64,000 bases of DNA from Gammaproteobacteria bacterium (lineage in GTDB: Bacteria; Pseudomonadota; Gammaproteobacteria; UBA4575). The position numbers were made by a program, and so were the translations under genes. The stretch is from NCBI GenBank assembly GCA_965243395.1, contig CBDEUS010000002.1, positions 1,184,001 through 1,248,000 of the forward strand, in the 5' to 3' direction. Shown here in pieces: positions 12,423 to 27,389 of this stretch. The notes under the pieces are model-generated. The model saw only the letters and a list, made by a program, of their open reading frames with translations, was not told the DNA's origin and made no database searches. The first letter of the stretch is position 1; every line of letters begins with the position of its first letter.

Positions 12423-15400
12423 ATGAAAGACTTACTTAGTTTATTAAAGAATCAAGGACAAGTTGAAGACTTTGATTCAATTCGCATCGGTTTAGCATCG
12501 CCGGATATGATTCGTTCGTGGTCGTATGGTGAAGTAAAAAAACCAGAGACAATAAACTACCGTACTTTCAAACCTGAACGTGATGGTTTGTTCTGCGCGA
12601 AAATTTTTGGACCAAATAAAGATTATGAATGTTTATGTGGTAAATATAAGCGTCTTAAGCACCGCGGTGTAGTGTGTGAAAAGTGTGGTGTTGAAGTTAC
12701 CCTCACCAAAGTGCGTCGTGAACGTATGGGGCATATTGAATTAGCCAGTCCGGTTGCACACATCTGGTTTTTGAAGTCTCTACCTTCCAGAATTGGTCTG
12801 TTATTAGACATGACCTTGCGTGATGTAGAACGCATTTTATATTTTGAGGCATTTGTCGTAGTCGATCCGGGTATGACAGAGCTTGAGCACAAACAACTTC
12901 TTTCTGATGAAACTTTTCTAGAAGCCATCGAAGAATATGGTGATGAGTTTGATGCGCGCATGGGTGCGGAAGCCATACTTGAATTACTCAAACAGGTTAA
13001 TTTAGAAGAACAGGCTTTAGAATTGCGCGAAGAAATAGCTGAAACTCGTTCGGAAGCAAAATTAAAACGTTTATCAAAGCGCATTAAATTAGTTGAGTCT
13101 CTAATCGAGTCGGGTAACAAACCTGAGTGGATGGTATTAACCGTTCTTCCTGTTTTGCCACCTGACTTACGTCCACTAGTACCACTTGATGGCGGGCGTT
13201 TTGCAACGTCAGATTTAAATGATTTATATCGTCGTGCTATTAATAGAAATAATCGACTTAAGCGTTTACTAGAACTTAACGCTCCCGATATTATTGTGCG
13301 CAACGAAAAGCGTATGTTGCAAGAAGCGGTTGATGCCTTGTTAGATAATGGACGACGTGGGCGAGCAATTACCGGAACGAATAAGCGCGCACTTAAATCT
13401 CTTGCGGATATGATCAAAGGGAAACAAGGTCGTTTCCGACAAAACCTATTAGGTAAGCGCGTTGATTATTCGGGTCGTTCAGTCATCGTGGTTGGCCCGA
13501 CTTTACGCCTGCAACAATGTGGTTTGCCGAAGAAAATGGCATTGGAATTATTTAAGCCATTTATATTTAGCAAATTACACATGCGTGGAATAGCACCCAC
13601 AATTAAAGCATGTAAAAAAGTGGTAGAAAAAGAAGGTCCTGAAGTTTGGGATATTCTTGAAGAGGTAATACGCGAGCATCCAGTATTGCTTAACCGAGCA
13701 CCCACTTTGCATCGCTTGGGTATTCAAGCGTTTGAACCAATACTTATCGAAGGCAAAGCTATTCAATTGCACCCATTAGTGTGTGCTGCATTCAATGCTG
13801 ATTTTGATGGCGACCAAATGGCTGTTCATGTGCCACTTTCTATCGAAGCTCAATTAGAAAGCCGAGCACTAATGATGTCTACCAATAATATTTTATCGCC
13901 AGCAAATGGTGATCCAATTATTGTGCCATCCCAAGATATCGTTTTAGGTTTGTATTACCTGACGCGCGAAAAAATTAATGTTGCTGGTGAAGGCATGATC
14001 TTTGCTGATGTTGAAGAAGCAGAACGTGCCTATGAAAATAAAAAAGTAGACTTACATGCCAAAGTAAAAATACGTGTAGATGATTATGATATTGATGAAG
14101 ATGGTGCATCTAAATCTATTAGAAGAGTAGTCGAAACGACTGTTGGTCGCGGTATTCTTTCACAAGTTTTACCAGAAGGCTTGGAATTTAATCTTGTTAA
14201 TCGAGATATGAATAAACGTGCTATCTCGGCTTTGATTGATGCCTGTTATCGCAGGGTGGGTTTAAAAGATACCGTAATTTTTGCAGACAAGCTCATGTAT
14301 ACCGGCTTTAAGTTCGCAACACATGCAGGGGTTTCGTTTTGTGCAGATGATATGGTGATACCCGAAAGCAAACAAACCATTTTGAAAGATGCTGAAAAAG
14401 AAGTGAAAGAAATTGCCTCTCAGTATGCATCAGGGTTGGTAACAAAAGGCGAACGCTACAATAAAGTCATTGATATTTGGTCACACACCAATGATCAAGT
14501 TGCTAAAGCTATGATGGATAGCTTGGGTCATGAGGAAGTACAAGATGCAGAGGGAAATTCAGTTACGCAGGATTCCTTCAATTCTATATTTATGATGGCG
14601 GATTCAGGTGCACGGGGTTCTGCAGCACAGATTCGACAATTAGCAGGAATGCGCGGTTTGATGGCAAAACCGGATGGTTCCATTATTGAAACGCCCATCA
14701 CAGCAAATTTCCGTGAAGGCTTAAATGTATTGCAGTATTTCATTTCAACTCACGGTGCGCGCAAAGGATTAGCCGATACCGCACTGAAGACCGCAAACTC
14801 AGGATACTTAACGCGCCGACTGGTTGATGTTGCACAAGATTTAGTAGTAACTGAAGCTGATTGTGGAACAACAAACGGAATGTTGTTAACGGCGATTATT
14901 GAGGGTGGTGACGTAGTTCAAACATTACCAAGTCGCGTATTAGGAAGAGTTACTGCGGAAGACGTTGTCGATGTAAAAGGTAATGTTGCAATTCCTGCAG
15001 GTACTTTTCTAGATGAGGCATGGGTAGAGAAAATTGAAGAGGTTGGAATTGACGAAATCAAAGTCCGTACCCCAATAACATGTGATACTCGTTATGGTGT
15101 GTGTGCAAAATGCTATGGTCGAGACTTAGCACGTGGACACCTTATTAATATTGGTGAATCAGTAGGCGTCATTGCAGCTCAATCTATTGGTGAACCGGGT
15201 ACACAATTAACAATGCGTACTTTCCATATTGGTGGTGCGGCAAGTCGGGCAGCGTCTGCCAGTGATATCACAATTAAGTCTATGGGTACTGTGCGTATGC
15301 ACAACTTGAAGCTTGTGCAGCATAAAAATGGCCATAATGTTGCCGTCTCACGTTCTGGTGAATTAGGTATTGTGGATGAGCAAGGTCGTGAGCGTGAGCG

Positions 15401-16682
15401 CTACAAGATCTCTTATGGTGCATCAATTTCTGTTAATGATGGGGATGCTGTAAATGCTGGACAAGTCGTTGCAACCTGGGATCCACACACTCATCCAATT
15501 ATCACTGAAGTTGCCGGGCAAATTCAGTTAGTTGATTTCGCAGAAGGTGTGACAGTTGATTCGTACACAGATGAAGTAACAGGTTTGTCTTCTACAGTAA
15601 TTTCAGATCCAAAGAGTCGTCCTGCTGCAGGTAGAGATTTACGACCTTCGGTTAACTTGTTAAATAAAAATGGTGAGCCATTAACTTTTGCAGGTACTGA
15701 AATTCCAGCACACTATATTTTACCTCCAGGTGCATTAGTAAGTTTGCAAGATGGTAATGCGGTTGATGTTGGTGATGTAATTGCTCGTATTCCTCAAGAA
15801 TCTTCCAAGACACGTGATATCACAGGTGGTTTACCGCGAGTTGCAGATTTATTTGAAGCACGTAAACCAAAAGAACCTGCGGTTCTTGCTGAACAAACGG
15901 GTACAGTGAGTTTTGGTAAGGATACTAAAGGTAAAGAGCGTTTAGTCATTACAGATGAAGATGGAGAATCTACTGAGGTGCTCATTCCTAAATGGCGACA
16001 AATAAATGTGTTCGAAGGCGAACATGTTGAAAAAGGTGAAGTCGTTGTAGATGGTGAGTTGAACCCGCACGACATTTTGAGATTACTAGGTGTTACAGCG
16101 CTTGCAGAATATCTAGTTAAAGAAATACAAGATGTATATCGCTTACAAGGTGTAGGGATTAATGATAAACACATTGAAGTGATTACAAGACAAATGTTGC
16201 GCAAGGCTGAAATCAAAGACTCGGGTGACACAAACTATTTACGTAATGAACAAGTAGAAAAATCTAGATTATTAGATATCAATGAAAAACTTGTGGAAGA
16301 AGGGAAGGAACCTGCTACTTATGACCCAGTTTTACTAGGTATTACTAAAGCTTCTTTGGTTACAGAGTCGTTTATTTCTGCAGCTTCTTTCCAAGAAACT
16401 ACACGCGTGTTGACTGAAGCATCAGTACGTGGCTCAAGAGATATGTTGCGAGGCTTAAAAGAAAACGTAATTGTGGGTCGTTTGATTCCATCTGGAACAG
16501 GGTTGGCTTATCACGAAAAACGTCGTGAAGATTCGTTAATGACTATGACCACAACCGATGAGGAATCGAGCCCGGAAATCCCTGCTTCTGAAGCGATGGA
16601 AGAAGCTTTGGCAGAAGAGCTATCTAATACTGGCGTTAATACTGAAACGCAAAATGAGGAGAGCCCGCCTGCTGAAAGCTAA
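12423..16682 (+). CDS. rpoC: RNA polymerase beta' subunit
   Basis: [12 protein letters not shown] catalytic motif, Zn finger CLCGKY..CEKCG. Confidence 0.99.
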   Translation: MKDLLSLLKNQGQVEDFDSIRIGLASPDMIRSWSYGEVKKPETINYRTFKPERDGLFCAKIFGPNKDYECLCGKYKRLKHRGVVCEKCGVEVTLTKVRRERMGHIELASPVAHIWFLKSLPSRIGLLLDMTLRDVERILYFEAFVVVDPGMTELEHKQLLSDETFLEAIEEYGDEFDARMGAEAILELLKQVNLEEQALELREEIAETRSEAKLKRLSKRIKLVESLIESGNKPEWMVLTVLPVLPPDLRPLVPLDGGRFATSDLNDLYRRAINRNNRLKRLLELNAPDIIVRNEKRMLQEAVDALLDNGRRGRAITGTNKRALKSLADMIKGKQGRFRQNLLGKRVDYSGRSVIVVGPTLRLQQCGLPKKMALELFKPFIFSKLHMRGIAPTIKACKKVVEKEGPEVWDILEEVIREHPVLLNRAPTLHRLGIQAFEPILIEGKAIQLHPLVCAAFNADFDGDQMAVHVPLSIEAQLESRALMMSTNNILSPANGDPIIVPSQDIVLGLYYLTREKINVAGEGMIFADVEEAERAYENKKVDLHAKVKIRVDDYDIDEDGASKSIRRVVETTVGRGILSQVLPEGLEFNLVNRDMNKRAISALIDACYRRVGLKDTVIFADKLMYTGFKFATHAGVSFCADDMVIPESKQTILKDAEKEVKEIASQYASGLVTKGERYNKVIDIWSHTNDQVAKAMMDSLGHEEVQDAEGNSVTQDSFNSIFMMADSGARGSAAQIRQLAGMRGLMAKPDGSIIETPITANFREGLNVLQYFISTHGARKGLADTALKTANSGYLTRRLVDVAQDLVVTEADCGTTNGMLLTAIIEGGDVVQTLPSRVLGRVTAEDVVDVKGNVAIPAGTFLDEAWVEKIEEVGIDEIKVRTPITCDTRYGVCAKCYGRDLARGHLINIGESVGVIAAQSIGEPGTQLTMRTFHIGGAASRAASASDITIKSMGTVRMHNLKLVQHKNGHNVAVSRSGELGIVDEQGRERERYKISYGASISVNDGDAVNAGQVVATWDPHTHPIITEVAGQIQLVDFAEGVTVDSYTDEVTGLSSTVISDPKSRPAAGRDLRPSVNLLNKNGEPLTFAGTEIPAHYILPPGALVSLQDGNAVDVGDVIARIPQESSKTRDITGGLPRVADLFEARKPKEPAVLAEQTGTVSFGKDTKGKERLVITDEDGESTEVLIPKWRQINVFEGEHVEKGEVVVDGELNPHDILRLLGVTALAEYLVKEIQDVYRLQGVGINDKHIEVITRQMLRKAEIKDSGDTNYLRNEQVEKSRLLDINEKLVEEGKEPATYDPVLLGITKASLVTESFISAASFQETTRVLTEASVRGSRDMLRGLKENVIVGRLIPSGTGLAYHEKRREDSLMTMTTTDEESSPEIPASEAMEEALAEELSNTGVNTETQNEESPPAES

Positions 16683-16743
16683 GAAAAATACTACGAATAA
16701 AGAGATACAAAGGTTCTAAAAGGGTATTTTTACTGTGGTTTGC

Positions 16744-16780
16744 TTGACAGTTTATAGTGGGGTTCCTACAATCCCGCGGC
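16744..16780 (+). promoter_or_regulatory. sigma70 promoter of the str operon with GC-rich discriminator
   Basis: TTGACA (16744-16749), 17-nt spacer, TACAAT (16767-16772), then CCCGCGGC. Confidence 0.8.
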
Positions 16781-16867
16781 TGGTCAGGCTGATACAATTC
16801 GGCCTGTTGTTAGTTATGGCTACTGATAAATTGAAGTGCAAGATATAGATATAAGAAGTTAGAAAAA

Positions 16868-17727
<860 letters not shown>

Positions 17728-17745
17728 CGTGAATAGTATTTTCTC

Positions 17746-19845
17746 ATGGCGCGTAAGACTCCTATCTCGCGGTATCGTAATATTGGTATCGTCGCGCATA
17801 TTGATGCTGGTAAAACCACTGTAAGTGAGCGAGTACTTTTTTATACAGGTATCTCACATAAAATAGGTGAAGTTCATGACGGTGCAGCTGTCATGGATTG
17901 GATGGAACAAGAACAAGAACGCGGGATTACCATCACCTCTGCTGCAACCACTTGTTTTTGGAGCGGCATGAGGAATCAATTTGATCAACACCGTATCAAT
18001 ATTATTGATACTCCAGGCCATGTTGATTTCACCATTGAGGTCGAGCGTTCCTTGCGTGTATTAGATGGGGCTTGTGCAATATTTTCAGCAGTTGATGGCG
18101 TAGAGCCGCAATCAGAAACAGTTTGGCGGCAAGCGAACAAGTACCACGTACCACGAATGGCATTCGTTAACAAAATGGATCGTGCGGGAGCAAATTTTTT
18201 GAATGTTGTTGAGCAAATTAGAGAGAAGCTAGGTTCTCATGCTGTACCAATTCAGTTACCCATTGGAACAGAAGAAAATTTCCAAGGCGTGGTAGATCTC
18301 ATAAAGATGAAAGCGATCTATTGGAACGAATCTGATTTGGGCGCTACATTTGAAGAGAAAGATATTCCTGCTGATATGCAAGCTGATTGTGAGTTGTGGC
18401 GAGATAGTATGATCGAAGCCGCAGCTGAATCATCGGATGAAATTGTGGATAAGTATTTAGAAGAGGGAACATTGTCAGAGGATGATATACGCAAAGGATT
18501 ACGTTATCGAACATTAAGTAATGAAATTGTACCTGCTCTATGTGGTTCAGCTTTTAAAAATAAAGGTGTGCAGGCCATGTTGGATGCAGTAATTGACTTT
18601 ATGCCATCACCTACAGATGTACCCGCTATTCAAGGTATTTTAGATGATGGTAAAGATACAGAAGCTGAAAGAAAGTCTTCAGATGATGAGCCGTTTGCGG
18701 CTTTGGCATTTAAAATTGCAACGGACCCTTATGTTGGGTCATTAACTTTTTTTAGAGTTTATTCGGGCGTATTGAATTCTGGAGATTCAATTTATAACTC
18801 GATTAAAGGAAAAAAAGAACGTGTTGGTCGGATATTACAAATGCATTCCAATTCGCGCGAAGAAATTAAAGAAGTTCGTGCGGGTGATATTGCAGCTGCT
18901 GTTGGTTTAAAAGATGTCACAACCGGTGAAACACTTTGTGATGCTAAGCATGTAATTAAATTGGAGCGTATGGAGTTTCCTGAGCCGGTGATTTCGGTTG
19001 CTGTGGAACCTAAAACTAAACCTGATCAAGAAAAGATGGGAATTGCATTACAAAAGTTAGCACAAGAAGATCCGTCTTTTAGAGTGCAGACTGATGAAGA
19101 GTCTGGGCAGACCATTATTTCAGGTATGGGCGAATTACATTTGGACATCATTGTGGACCGCATGAAGCGTGAATTCAGTGTTGAGGCAAATGTGGGTGCA
19201 CCGCAGGTTTCATATCGTGAAACGATTAGAAGCAAAATCGAGCATGAAAGTAAGTTTGTTCGACAATCGGGTGGGCGTGGTCAGTATGGGCATGTGTACT
19301 TAAGAATTGAACCTCAACCAGCAGGCGAAGGCTTTGAATTTGTCAATGAAATTGTGGGTGGAGTAGTGCCACGTGAGTATATACCTGCGGTAGAGAAGGG
19401 TGTAAAAGAGGCCATGGATAATGGGGTGATTGCAGGTTATCCAGTCGTCGATGTCAAAGTGACACTTTATGATGGTTCCTATCATGATGTGGACTCTTCT
19501 GAAATGGCGTTTAAAATAGCCGCCTCTATGGGTTTCCGTGATGGAGTCAAGGATGCTAACCCAGTATTGCTTGAACCTATTATGAAAGTAGAAGTGGTGA
19601 CACCTGAAGAATATATGGGTGATGTGGTCGGTGATTTGAATCGCCGCCGTGGAATGGTAGGCGGAATGGAAGAAAGTCCTTCTGGAAAAATTATACGTTC
19701 TGAAGTTCCATTAGCTGAAATGTTTGGTTATGCGACTGATTTGCGCTCCGCAACGCAGGGTCGTGCAACTTATTCAATGGAATTTCATAAGTATAAAGAA
19801 GTTCCTAATAACCTTGCGGATAGTTTAATTAAAAAGCATGCTTAA
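17746..19845 (+). CDS. fusA: Elongation factor G
   Basis: [33 protein letters not shown]. Confidence 0.99.
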   Translation: MARKTPISRYRNIGIVAHIDAGKTTVSERVLFYTGISHKIGEVHDGAAVMDWMEQEQERGITITSAATTCFWSGMRNQFDQHRINIIDTPGHVDFTIEVERSLRVLDGACAIFSAVDGVEPQSETVWRQANKYHVPRMAFVNKMDRAGANFLNVVEQIREKLGSHAVPIQLPIGTEENFQGVVDLIKMKAIYWNESDLGATFEEKDIPADMQADCELWRDSMIEAAAESSDEIVDKYLEEGTLSEDDIRKGLRYRTLSNEIVPALCGSAFKNKGVQAMLDAVIDFMPSPTDVPAIQGILDDGKDTEAERKSSDDEPFAALAFKIATDPYVGSLTFFRVYSGVLNSGDSIYNSIKGKKERVGRILQMHSNSREEIKEVRAGDIAAAVGLKDVTTGETLCDAKHVIKLERMEFPEPVISVAVEPKTKPDQEKMGIALQKLAQEDPSFRVQTDEESGQTIISGMGELHLDIIVDRMKREFSVEANVGAPQVSYRETIRSKIEHESKFVRQSGGRGQYGHVYLRIEPQPAGEGFEFVNEIVGGVVPREYIPAVEKGVKEAMDNGVIAGYPVVDVKVTLYDGSYHDVDSSEMAFKIAASMGFRDGVKDANPVLLEPIMKVEVVTPEEYMGDVVGDLNRRRGMVGGMEESPSGKIIRSEVPLAEMFGYATDLRSATQGRATYSMEFHKYKEVPNNLADSLIKKHA

Positions 19846-19922
19846 TCGCATGCTATTTAGTTTGTAGATAAGAAAAGTTTGTTAAATAGTTGATGTAGAT
19901 ATCTTTTGTGAGGTAAAAGAAA

Positions 19923-21113
<1,191 letters not shown>

Positions 21114-21170
21114 CAAGGTCGTAGATTCCTTTATTTAGAGCCATTATTAAGTTAGAGAAGAGGTAAAAAT

Positions 21171-21485
21171 ATGCCAGCCGGACAGACTATTCGCATACGC
21201 TTGAAAGCGTTTGATCACCGATTGATTGATCGCTCTGCGAGCGAAATAGTGGATACTGCAAAGCGTACCGGAGCTCGAGTGAAGGGTCCTATTCCTCTGC
21301 CGACTAAGAAAGAACGTTTTACGGTATTAATTTCTCCACATGTGGATAAGAATGCTCGAGATCAGTACGAAATTCGCACCCATAAGCGCATTATGGACAT
21401 CGTTGAGCCTACGGAGAAAACGGTGGACGCATTGATGAAATTGGACCTTGCGGCTGGTGTGGATGTACAGATTAAGTTGAATTAA
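21171..21485 (+). CDS. rpsJ: 30S ribosomal protein S10
   Basis: [30 protein letters not shown]. Confidence 0.99.
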   Translation: MPAGQTIRIRLKAFDHRLIDRSASEIVDTAKRTGARVKGPIPLPTKKERFTVLISPHVDKNARDQYEIRTHKRIMDIVEPTEKTVDALMKLDLAAGVDVQIKLN

Positions 21486-21600
21486 TCAGCCTGATAAGTA
21501 CAACTAGAGCAAAACAGATTAACGAACAAAAAAATGGCTAAAAATATTGGAAAATATAGCTTTTTGAGTAGATAAAATGGTTTTCTAACCCGCTGATTTT

Positions 21601-21654
21601 TGTGATAATGCACGGCTCACTATGGCCCGGCTATGAGGTAACTCATGCCGGGCC
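21601..21654 (+). promoter_or_regulatory. Putative internal extended -10 promoter and GC-rich leader hairpin upstream of rplC
   Basis: TG-T-GATAAT followed by GCACGGC; hairpin GGCCCGGC-T-ATGAG-GTAA-CTCAT-GCCGGGCC at 21624-21654. Confidence 0.55.
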
Positions 21655-21719
21655 TTGGTTATCCAGGACTATAGAAATCACTATCTCGCCTTATTAGAGC
21701 AGACGAGTATTAACGAATT

Positions 21720-22454
21720 ATGTCATTAGGTTTAGTAGGTAAAAAAGTAGGTATGACGCGAGTCTTTACAGAGGCAGGTGTTTCTGTGCCCGTGACAGTT
21801 GTGCATGCTCCTGCAAATCGCGTTACGCAACTGCGGACGATTGATAATGATGGCTACCATGCTGTGCAAGTGACCTATGGCGAAAAAAAAGCATCGCGAA
21901 TTAATAAAGCTACAGCAGGGCAATTTGCAAAGAGTGGAGTAGCAGCGGGAAGAGGTTTACGCGAATTTAGATTAGAGAAGGATGTACCTGAGGGTTTGCA
22001 AGTAGGTGCCGAACTAAAGACAACATTATTTTCAGTTGGACAAAAAGTATCTGTAGCAGGTGTTACTAAAGGAAAAGGTTTTGCTGGTCCAGTTAAGCGA
22101 CATAATTTCCACATGCAAGATGCTACACACGGTAACTCAATTTCTCATCGAGCCCACGGTTCCACAGGTCAGTGTCAAGATCCCGGTCGCGTTTTTAAAG
22201 GTAAAAAAATGGCAGGCCACATGGGTAGCGTACGTGTAACTACAAAAAATTTAGAAGTAGTACAAATTGATAGTGAAAAAGATTTATTACTCATTAAAGG
22301 CGCAGTACCAGGTGCTCCCGGCGGAGATGTAATCGTTAAACCGGTGAATGCTGAAGAAATAAATTTAGCGTCTGATGATGTTCCTGTAGAAGATCAACAA
22401 AACACAGAAGAAACAGCCCAAGATGAAGTGGCTGAAGAAAAATCCGAATCATAA
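21720..22454 (+). CDS. rplC: 50S ribosomal protein L3
   Basis: [32 protein letters not shown]; acidic C-terminal extension. Confidence 0.99.
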   Translation: MSLGLVGKKVGMTRVFTEAGVSVPVTVVHAPANRVTQLRTIDNDGYHAVQVTYGEKKASRINKATAGQFAKSGVAAGRGLREFRLEKDVPEGLQVGAELKTTLFSVGQKVSVAGVTKGKGFAGPVKRHNFHMQDATHGNSISHRAHGSTGQCQDPGRVFKGKKMAGHMGSVRVTTKNLEVVQIDSEKDLLLIKGAVPGAPGGDVIVKPVNAEEINLASDDVPVEDQQNTEETAQDEVAEEKSES

Positions 22455-22456
22455 AC

Positions 22457-23062
22457 ATGCAACTCTCACTCGCAAATTCAAAAGCTAAAGTTAAAGTATC
22501 AGACGATATATTTGCGTGTGAATACAATGAAGATTTAGTGCATCAAGCGGTTACCGCCTATCTGGCGGGAGGACGTCAGGGAACTAAGGCACAAAAGAGA
22601 CGTAGTGATGTAAAAGGCGGTGGCGCAAAACCGTGGCGGCAAAAAGGAACGGGTCGTGCGCGTGCAGGTACTTCCAACAGTCCAATCTGGCGTTCGGGTG
22701 GTGTGGCGTTTGCAGCAAGGCCGCGAAACTATAAACAAAAAATCAATAAAAAAATGCTTCGTTCTGCTTATGCATCCATGTTTTCAGAATTAGTGCGACA
22801 AAAACGAATTCATATAGTTGAAGATTTTACTGTCACCGAACCTAAGACCAAGCAAGCACTTGAACATTTAAACAAACTTTCCATTTCCTCCGCATTAGTC
22901 ATTACCGAAGAAGCCGATAAAAATTTATATTTATCTGTGCGAAATTTACCGTATGTTGATGTAACTGAAATTGGTGGGTTAGATCCTGTAAGTTTGCTCA
23001 AATATGAAAATGTAGTTGTGACTAAAGATGCACTAGGTGCAATTGAGGAGTGGTTGCAATGA
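22457..23062 (+). CDS. rplD: 50S ribosomal protein L4
   Basis: KPWRQKGTGRARAG. Confidence 0.99.
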   Translation: MQLSLANSKAKVKVSDDIFACEYNEDLVHQAVTAYLAGGRQGTKAQKRRSDVKGGGAKPWRQKGTGRARAGTSNSPIWRSGGVAFAARPRNYKQKINKKMLRSAYASMFSELVRQKRIHIVEDFTVTEPKTKQALEHLNKLSISSALVITEEADKNLYLSVRNLPYVDVTEIGGLDPVSLLKYENVVVTKDALGAIEEWLQ

Positions 23063-23355
23063 ATCAAGAACGTTTAATGACAATTCTATTAGGCCCTCAT
23101 ATTTCTGAGAAAACAGCCTCAATCGCAGATAGCAATAACCAGCACTCATTTAAAGTTATTCGCGGTGCAAAAAAAGAAGAAATTAAAAAAGCGGTTGAGA
23201 AATTATTTGATGTGAAAGTGGCTGCGGTGAACACCATTAATATGAATGGTAAACAAAAGCGTTTTGGACGTCATGCTGGTAAGCGTGCTGATTGGAAAAA
23301 AGCCATTGTGACTCTAGAAGAAGGTCACGATATCGATTTTGGTGGATTTGAATAA
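23059..23355 (+). CDS. rplW: 50S ribosomal protein L23
   Basis: ATG overlaps the rplD stop (ATGA) after GAGGAG; [14 protein letters not shown]. Confidence 0.97.
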   Translation: MNQERLMTILLGPHISEKTASIADSNNQHSFKVIRGAKKEEIKKAVEKLFDVKVAAVNTINMNGKQKRFGRHAGKRADWKKAIVTLEEGHDIDFGGFE

Positions 23356-23363
23356 ATAAAGTT

Positions 23364-24191
23364 ATGGCGATCGCAAAAGCAAAACCTACTTCTCCGGGGC
23401 GCAGATTTGTAGTACAGGTCACTACACCTGGATTATATAAAGACGGACCGTATAAGCCATTACTTGATGAAAAGCGAAAAAGTGGTGGCAGGAATAATGC
23501 CGGACGTATTACTACACGTCATCGAGGCGGTGGTCATAAACAGCGTTATCGCATTATTGATTTTAAACGCAACAAAGATGAGATTACCGCGGAAGTAGAG
23601 CGAATTGAATATGATCCTAATCGGAGTGCAAACATAGCATTACTCAAGTATGCAGATGGTGAACGTCGTTACATCATTGCACCAAAGAATTTAAAAGTTA
23701 AAGACCAACTAGTTTCGGGTAATCAGGTGCCTATAAAAGTTGGTAATACATCCCCAATTCGTAACATTCCTGTAGGTACGATTGTGCACTGTATTGAAAT
23801 GAAACCTGGTAAAGGTGCACAAATTGCAAGAAGTGCTGGTGCAGCGGTACAAATTGTTGCGCGTGAAGGCAATTATGCAACATTACGCTTACGTTCAGGT
23901 GAGATGCGAAAAGTTTTATCGGCTTGTCGTGCAACGATTGGTGAAGTGGGTAATGCTGAGCATAACTTACGTAAATTAGGTAAAGCGGGTGCTAAGCGTT
24001 GGCGTGGAGTTCGTCCTACTGTTCGCGGTGTTGCAATGAATCCAGTGGATCATCCGCATGGTGGCGGTGAAGGTAGAACTTCTGGAGGTAGACATCCGGT
24101 TTCCCCTTGGGCAATGCCAACTAAAGGTTATAAAACACGTAAGAACCACCGCACGGATCGTTTGATTGTACGCCGTAGGAATAAAAAATAA
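23364..24191 (+). CDS. rplB: 50S ribosomal protein L2
   Basis: [31 protein letters not shown]. Confidence 0.99.
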   Translation: MAIAKAKPTSPGRRFVVQVTTPGLYKDGPYKPLLDEKRKSGGRNNAGRITTRHRGGGHKQRYRIIDFKRNKDEITAEVERIEYDPNRSANIALLKYADGERRYIIAPKNLKVKDQLVSGNQVPIKVGNTSPIRNIPVGTIVHCIEMKPGKGAQIARSAGAAVQIVAREGNYATLRLRSGEMRKVLSACRATIGEVGNAEHNLRKLGKAGAKRWRGVRPTVRGVAMNPVDHPHGGGEGRTSGGRHPVSPWAMPTKGYKTRKNHRTDRLIVRRRNKK

Positions 24192-24230
24192 TTCATTTTA
24201 GTTTTTTGTAAAGTATTTAGAGAAAAGTAA

Positions 24231-24500
24231 ATGCCAAGATCGTTAAACAAAGGACCTCACATAGATCATCACTTGATGAAAAAGGTCGAGCAAGCTGTGG
24301 AAAAAAATGATCGAAAGCCAATTAAGACTTGGTCACGTCGATCACTCATTATTCCAGACATGGTGGGATTAACGATTGCAGTACATAACGGGCGCCAACA
24401 TGTACCTGTACTAATTAGCGAAAATATGGTGGGTCATAAACTTGGTGAATTTGCGATTACGAGAACATTTAAAGGTCACTCTGGAGATCGTAAGGCGTAA
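24231..24500 (+). CDS. rpsS: 30S ribosomal protein S19
   Basis: [22 protein letters not shown]. Confidence 0.99.
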   Translation: MPRSLNKGPHIDHHLMKKVEQAVEKNDRKPIKTWSRRSLIIPDMVGLTIAVHNGRQHVPVLISENMVGHKLGEFAITRTFKGHSGDRKA

Positions 24501-24502
24501 TT

Positions 24503-24835
24503 ATGCAAACTTCAGCGAAATTAACATTTATACGTATTGCGCCCCAAAAGGCCAGATTAGTTGCAGATCAAATACGTGGCAAAAAAGTAGACCGTGCTTT
24601 AGAAATTTTAAAGTTCAGTCCTAAAAAAGGTGCGGCTCTGATTAAGAAAGTTCTTGATTCAGCCATTGCAAATGCCGAGCACAATGAAGGTGCAGATATT
24701 GATGAACTAAAAGTTTCAAAAGTTTTTGTAGATGATGGTCCAACACATCGTCGCTTTAGAGCTCGTGCCAAAGGTCGTGCAGCTAAAATTTTGAAGCGAA
24801 CTAGTCATATTACTGTTGAAGTGAGTGATAGTTAA
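24503..24835 (+). CDS. rplV: 50S ribosomal protein L22
   Basis: [27 protein letters not shown]. Confidence 0.99.
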   Translation: MQTSAKLTFIRIAPQKARLVADQIRGKKVDRALEILKFSPKKGAALIKKVLDSAIANAEHNEGADIDELKVSKVFVDDGPTHRRFRARAKGRAAKILKRTSHITVEVSDS

Positions 24836-24915
24836 ATTAAATGAGTATTTATTTAAGAATGTTTATGTTCAAAGCCAACAAATTAATCACCTTGAATAAG
24901 GTTAGGTACTAAACG

Positions 24916-25629
24916 ATGGGGCAGAAAGTACATCCAACTGGAATGCGTTTAGGAATATCTACCGACTGGACATCGCGGTGGTATGCAGAAGGCAAAGATT
25001 ATGCAGACTTTTTGCAAAGTGATTTAGAGATTAGGGAGTACCTAAAGAAAAAATTATCGCAAGCTTCTGTGAGTAGGATTCAGATAGACCGTCCAGCTAG
25101 AGCAGCATTTATAACCATTCATACTGCGCGACCAGGAATAGTTATTGGTAAGAAGGGTGAAGACATTGAGGCATTGCGTCATGAAGTATCTAGAAGAACT
25201 GGACTTAATGTAAACAATGTAAAAATTAATATTGAAGAAATTCGTAAACCTGAAATTGATTCACAGCTCGTTGCTGAAAGTATTGCACAGCAACTAGAGC
25301 GACGCATTATGTTTAGGCGTGCAATGAAGCGTGCAGTAAGTAATGCAATGAGATTGGGTGCATTAGGTGTAAAAGTTAATGTAGGTGGACGACTAAATGG
25401 TGCAGAAATAGCACGTAGCGAATGGTACCGCGAAGGTCGTGTGCCTCTGCACACATTGCGTGCAAATATTGATTATGGAACTGCTGAAGCGCTGACAACA
25501 TACGGAATCATAGGAATTAAAACCTGGATTTATAAAGGCGATGTGTTTGATTTAAATGACAAAGACAGTGATGAAGACAATAAACCCGCTGCTACAAAAC
25601 AAGCTAAAGCTAAAACTAAAACTAATTAA
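24916..25629 (+). CDS. rpsC: 30S ribosomal protein S3
   Basis: [28 protein letters not shown]. Confidence 0.99.
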   Translation: MGQKVHPTGMRLGISTDWTSRWYAEGKDYADFLQSDLEIREYLKKKLSQASVSRIQIDRPARAAFITIHTARPGIVIGKKGEDIEALRHEVSRRTGLNVNNVKINIEEIRKPEIDSQLVAESIAQQLERRIMFRRAMKRAVSNAMRLGALGVKVNVGGRLNGAEIARSEWYREGRVPLHTLRANIDYGTAEALTTYGIIGIKTWIYKGDVFDLNDKDSDEDNKPAATKQAKAKTKTN

Positions 25630-25661
25630 TTTAAATTTAATTTAAAAATTAAGTATCTGTC

Positions 25662-26075
25662 ATGTTACAGCCGAAAAGAACAAAGTTTAGAAAACAGCAA
25701 AAAGGACGTAATCGCGGTTTAGCTTTAAATGGCAATAAGGTTAGCTTTGGTGAGTACGGTTTAAAAGCTGTATCGAGAGGACGAATTACTGCTCGCCAAA
25801 TTGAGGCGGCAAGACGAGCTATGACGCGTCATGTTAAGCGTGGCGGAAAGATTTGGATTCGAATTTTTCCTGATGTACCGGTTACCAAAAAGCCTTTAGA
25901 GGTTAGACAAGGTAAAGGTAAGGGTAATGTCGAATATTGGGTTGCAAAAATTCAACCCGGGAAAATGCTATATGAGATGGAAGGTGTGGATGAAGAGATT
26001 GCGCGTGAAGCCTTCCGTTTGGCAGATGCTAAGTTGCCAATTCGAACTACATTTGTTTCGCGCACAGTAATGTAA
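25662..26075 (+). CDS. rplP: 50S ribosomal protein L16
   Basis: [25 protein letters not shown]. Confidence 0.99.
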   Translation: MLQPKRTKFRKQQKGRNRGLALNGNKVSFGEYGLKAVSRGRITARQIEAARRAMTRHVKRGGKIWIRIFPDVPVTKKPLEVRQGKGKGNVEYWVAKIQPGKMLYEMEGVDEEIAREAFRLADAKLPIRTTFVSRTVM

Positions 26076-26098
26076 AGGAAAGTAACTGAGTCAGTATT

Positions 26099-26296
26099 AT
26101 GAAAGCAGAAGAGTTAAGAGATAAATCTGTTACGGAGCTTAATGAAGAGTTACTCGAGTTACGTAAAGAGCAATTTAATTTACGTATGCAAAAAGGTGTG
26201 GGTCAGGCTTCACGTGTGCATCAGTTTAAATTGAATAGAAAGAATATTGCCCGTGTTAAAACAGTGATGAATGAAAAGGCAAAACAAAAGGCTTAA
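26099..26296 (+). CDS. rpmC: 50S ribosomal protein L29
   Basis: [17 protein letters not shown]; synteny. Confidence 0.98.
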   Translation: MKAEELRDKSVTELNEELLELRKEQFNLRMQKGVGQASRVHQFKLNRKNIARVKTVMNEKAKQKA

Positions 26297-26370
26297 TCAA
26301 TAATTTGGAATTTATGCAAATGATTTATTTAGATTGTTTATTACTTAAGACTTGTCATTGAGAGTTGCGA

Positions 26371-26634
26371 ATGTCTGAAGATAAAAAGATACGTACACTG
26401 CAAGGTAAAGTGATAAGTGACAAGATGAATAAGACGATAACTGTCTTGTTGGAACGTCAGGTTAAGCATCCTTTGTATAAAAAATACATAAGACGTTCGA
26501 CTAAATTACATGTGCATGATGAGAATAATGAGTGCTCTATTGGCGATGTTGTAGCAATTCGCGAATGTCGCCCGATGTCAAAAACTAAGTCTTGGACATT
26601 AGTTGAGATAACAGAGCGTGGCGCAGAAACCTAG
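26371..26634 (+). CDS. rpsQ: 30S ribosomal protein S17
   Basis: ATG at 26371; [22 protein letters not shown]. Confidence 0.97.
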   Translation: MSEDKKIRTLQGKVISDKMNKTITVLLERQVKHPLYKKYIRRSTKLHVHDENNECSIGDVVAIRECRPMSKTKSWTLVEITERGAET

Positions 26635-26652
26635 GTGTGATGAGGGGTAGTT

Positions 26653-27021
26653 ATGATACAGATGCAAACTACGCTGGAAGCAGCAGACAACAGTGGGGCA
26701 CGCAAGCTGCAGTGCATCAAAGTGCTTGGCGGATCGCACCGGCGTTACGCCAGAATTGGTGACGTTATTAAGGTTAGCGTTAAAGATGCTATACCACGTG
26801 GCAAAGTAAAAAAAGGTGAGGTGTATAACGCAGTAGTTGTTCGTACAGCAAAAGGTGTACGTCGTACTGATGGATCATTAATTCGTTTTGATACTAATGC
26901 GGCAGTGTTATTGAACACGCAATTACAACCCATTGGCACTCGAATTTTTGGACCTGTAACACGTGAATTAAGAACAGAGCGTTTTATGAAAATTATTTCA
27001 TTAGCGCCGGAAGTGCTTTAA
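26653..27021 (+). CDS. rplN: 50S ribosomal protein L14
   Basis: [21 protein letters not shown]. Confidence 0.99.
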   Translation: MIQMQTTLEAADNSGARKLQCIKVLGGSHRRYARIGDVIKVSVKDAIPRGKVKKGEVYNAVVVRTAKGVRRTDGSLIRFDTNAAVLLNTQLQPIGTRIFGPVTRELRTERFMKIISLAPEVL

Positions 27022-27047
27022 ATATTTTATTTGGTAGTTAAGAAAAC

Positions 27048-27365
27048 ATGCAAAAAATACATAGAGGAGACGATGTAATCGTAATTGCCGGCAAAGATAA
27101 AGGTCGACGTGGCACTGTGCTTAAAGTGCTAGATGATCAGCGTGTTGTGGTTGAAAGTATAAATATTGCTAAAAGACATCAAAAGCCAAACCCTAATGCT
27201 GGGATCGCGGGTGGAATTGTTGATCGGGAAATGCCGATAGATGTGTCTAATGTAATGATATTTAATCCTTCTACTAATAAAGGTGATCGTGTGGGCTTTA
27301 AAATTCTAAAAGACAATAAAAAAGTTCGCTATTTTAAATCGAATGGCGAAGTGGTTGACGTATAA
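27048..27365 (+). CDS. rplX: 50S ribosomal protein L24
   Basis: KOW motif [13 protein letters not shown]. Confidence 0.99.
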   Translation: MQKIHRGDDVIVIAGKDKGRRGTVLKVLDDQRVVVESINIAKRHQKPNPNAGIAGGIVDREMPIDVSNVMIFNPSTNKGDRVGFKILKDNKKVRYFKSNGEVVDV

Positions 27366-27389
27366 GGTAAGCAATCAGAGATTATTAAG

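Noticed and set aside
12623-13417. 264-aa antisense ORF in rpoC, and similar antisense ORFs in tuf, rpoB, ugd and uvrA
   Set aside because: Shadow ORFs opposite conserved genes, with no recognisable motifs.
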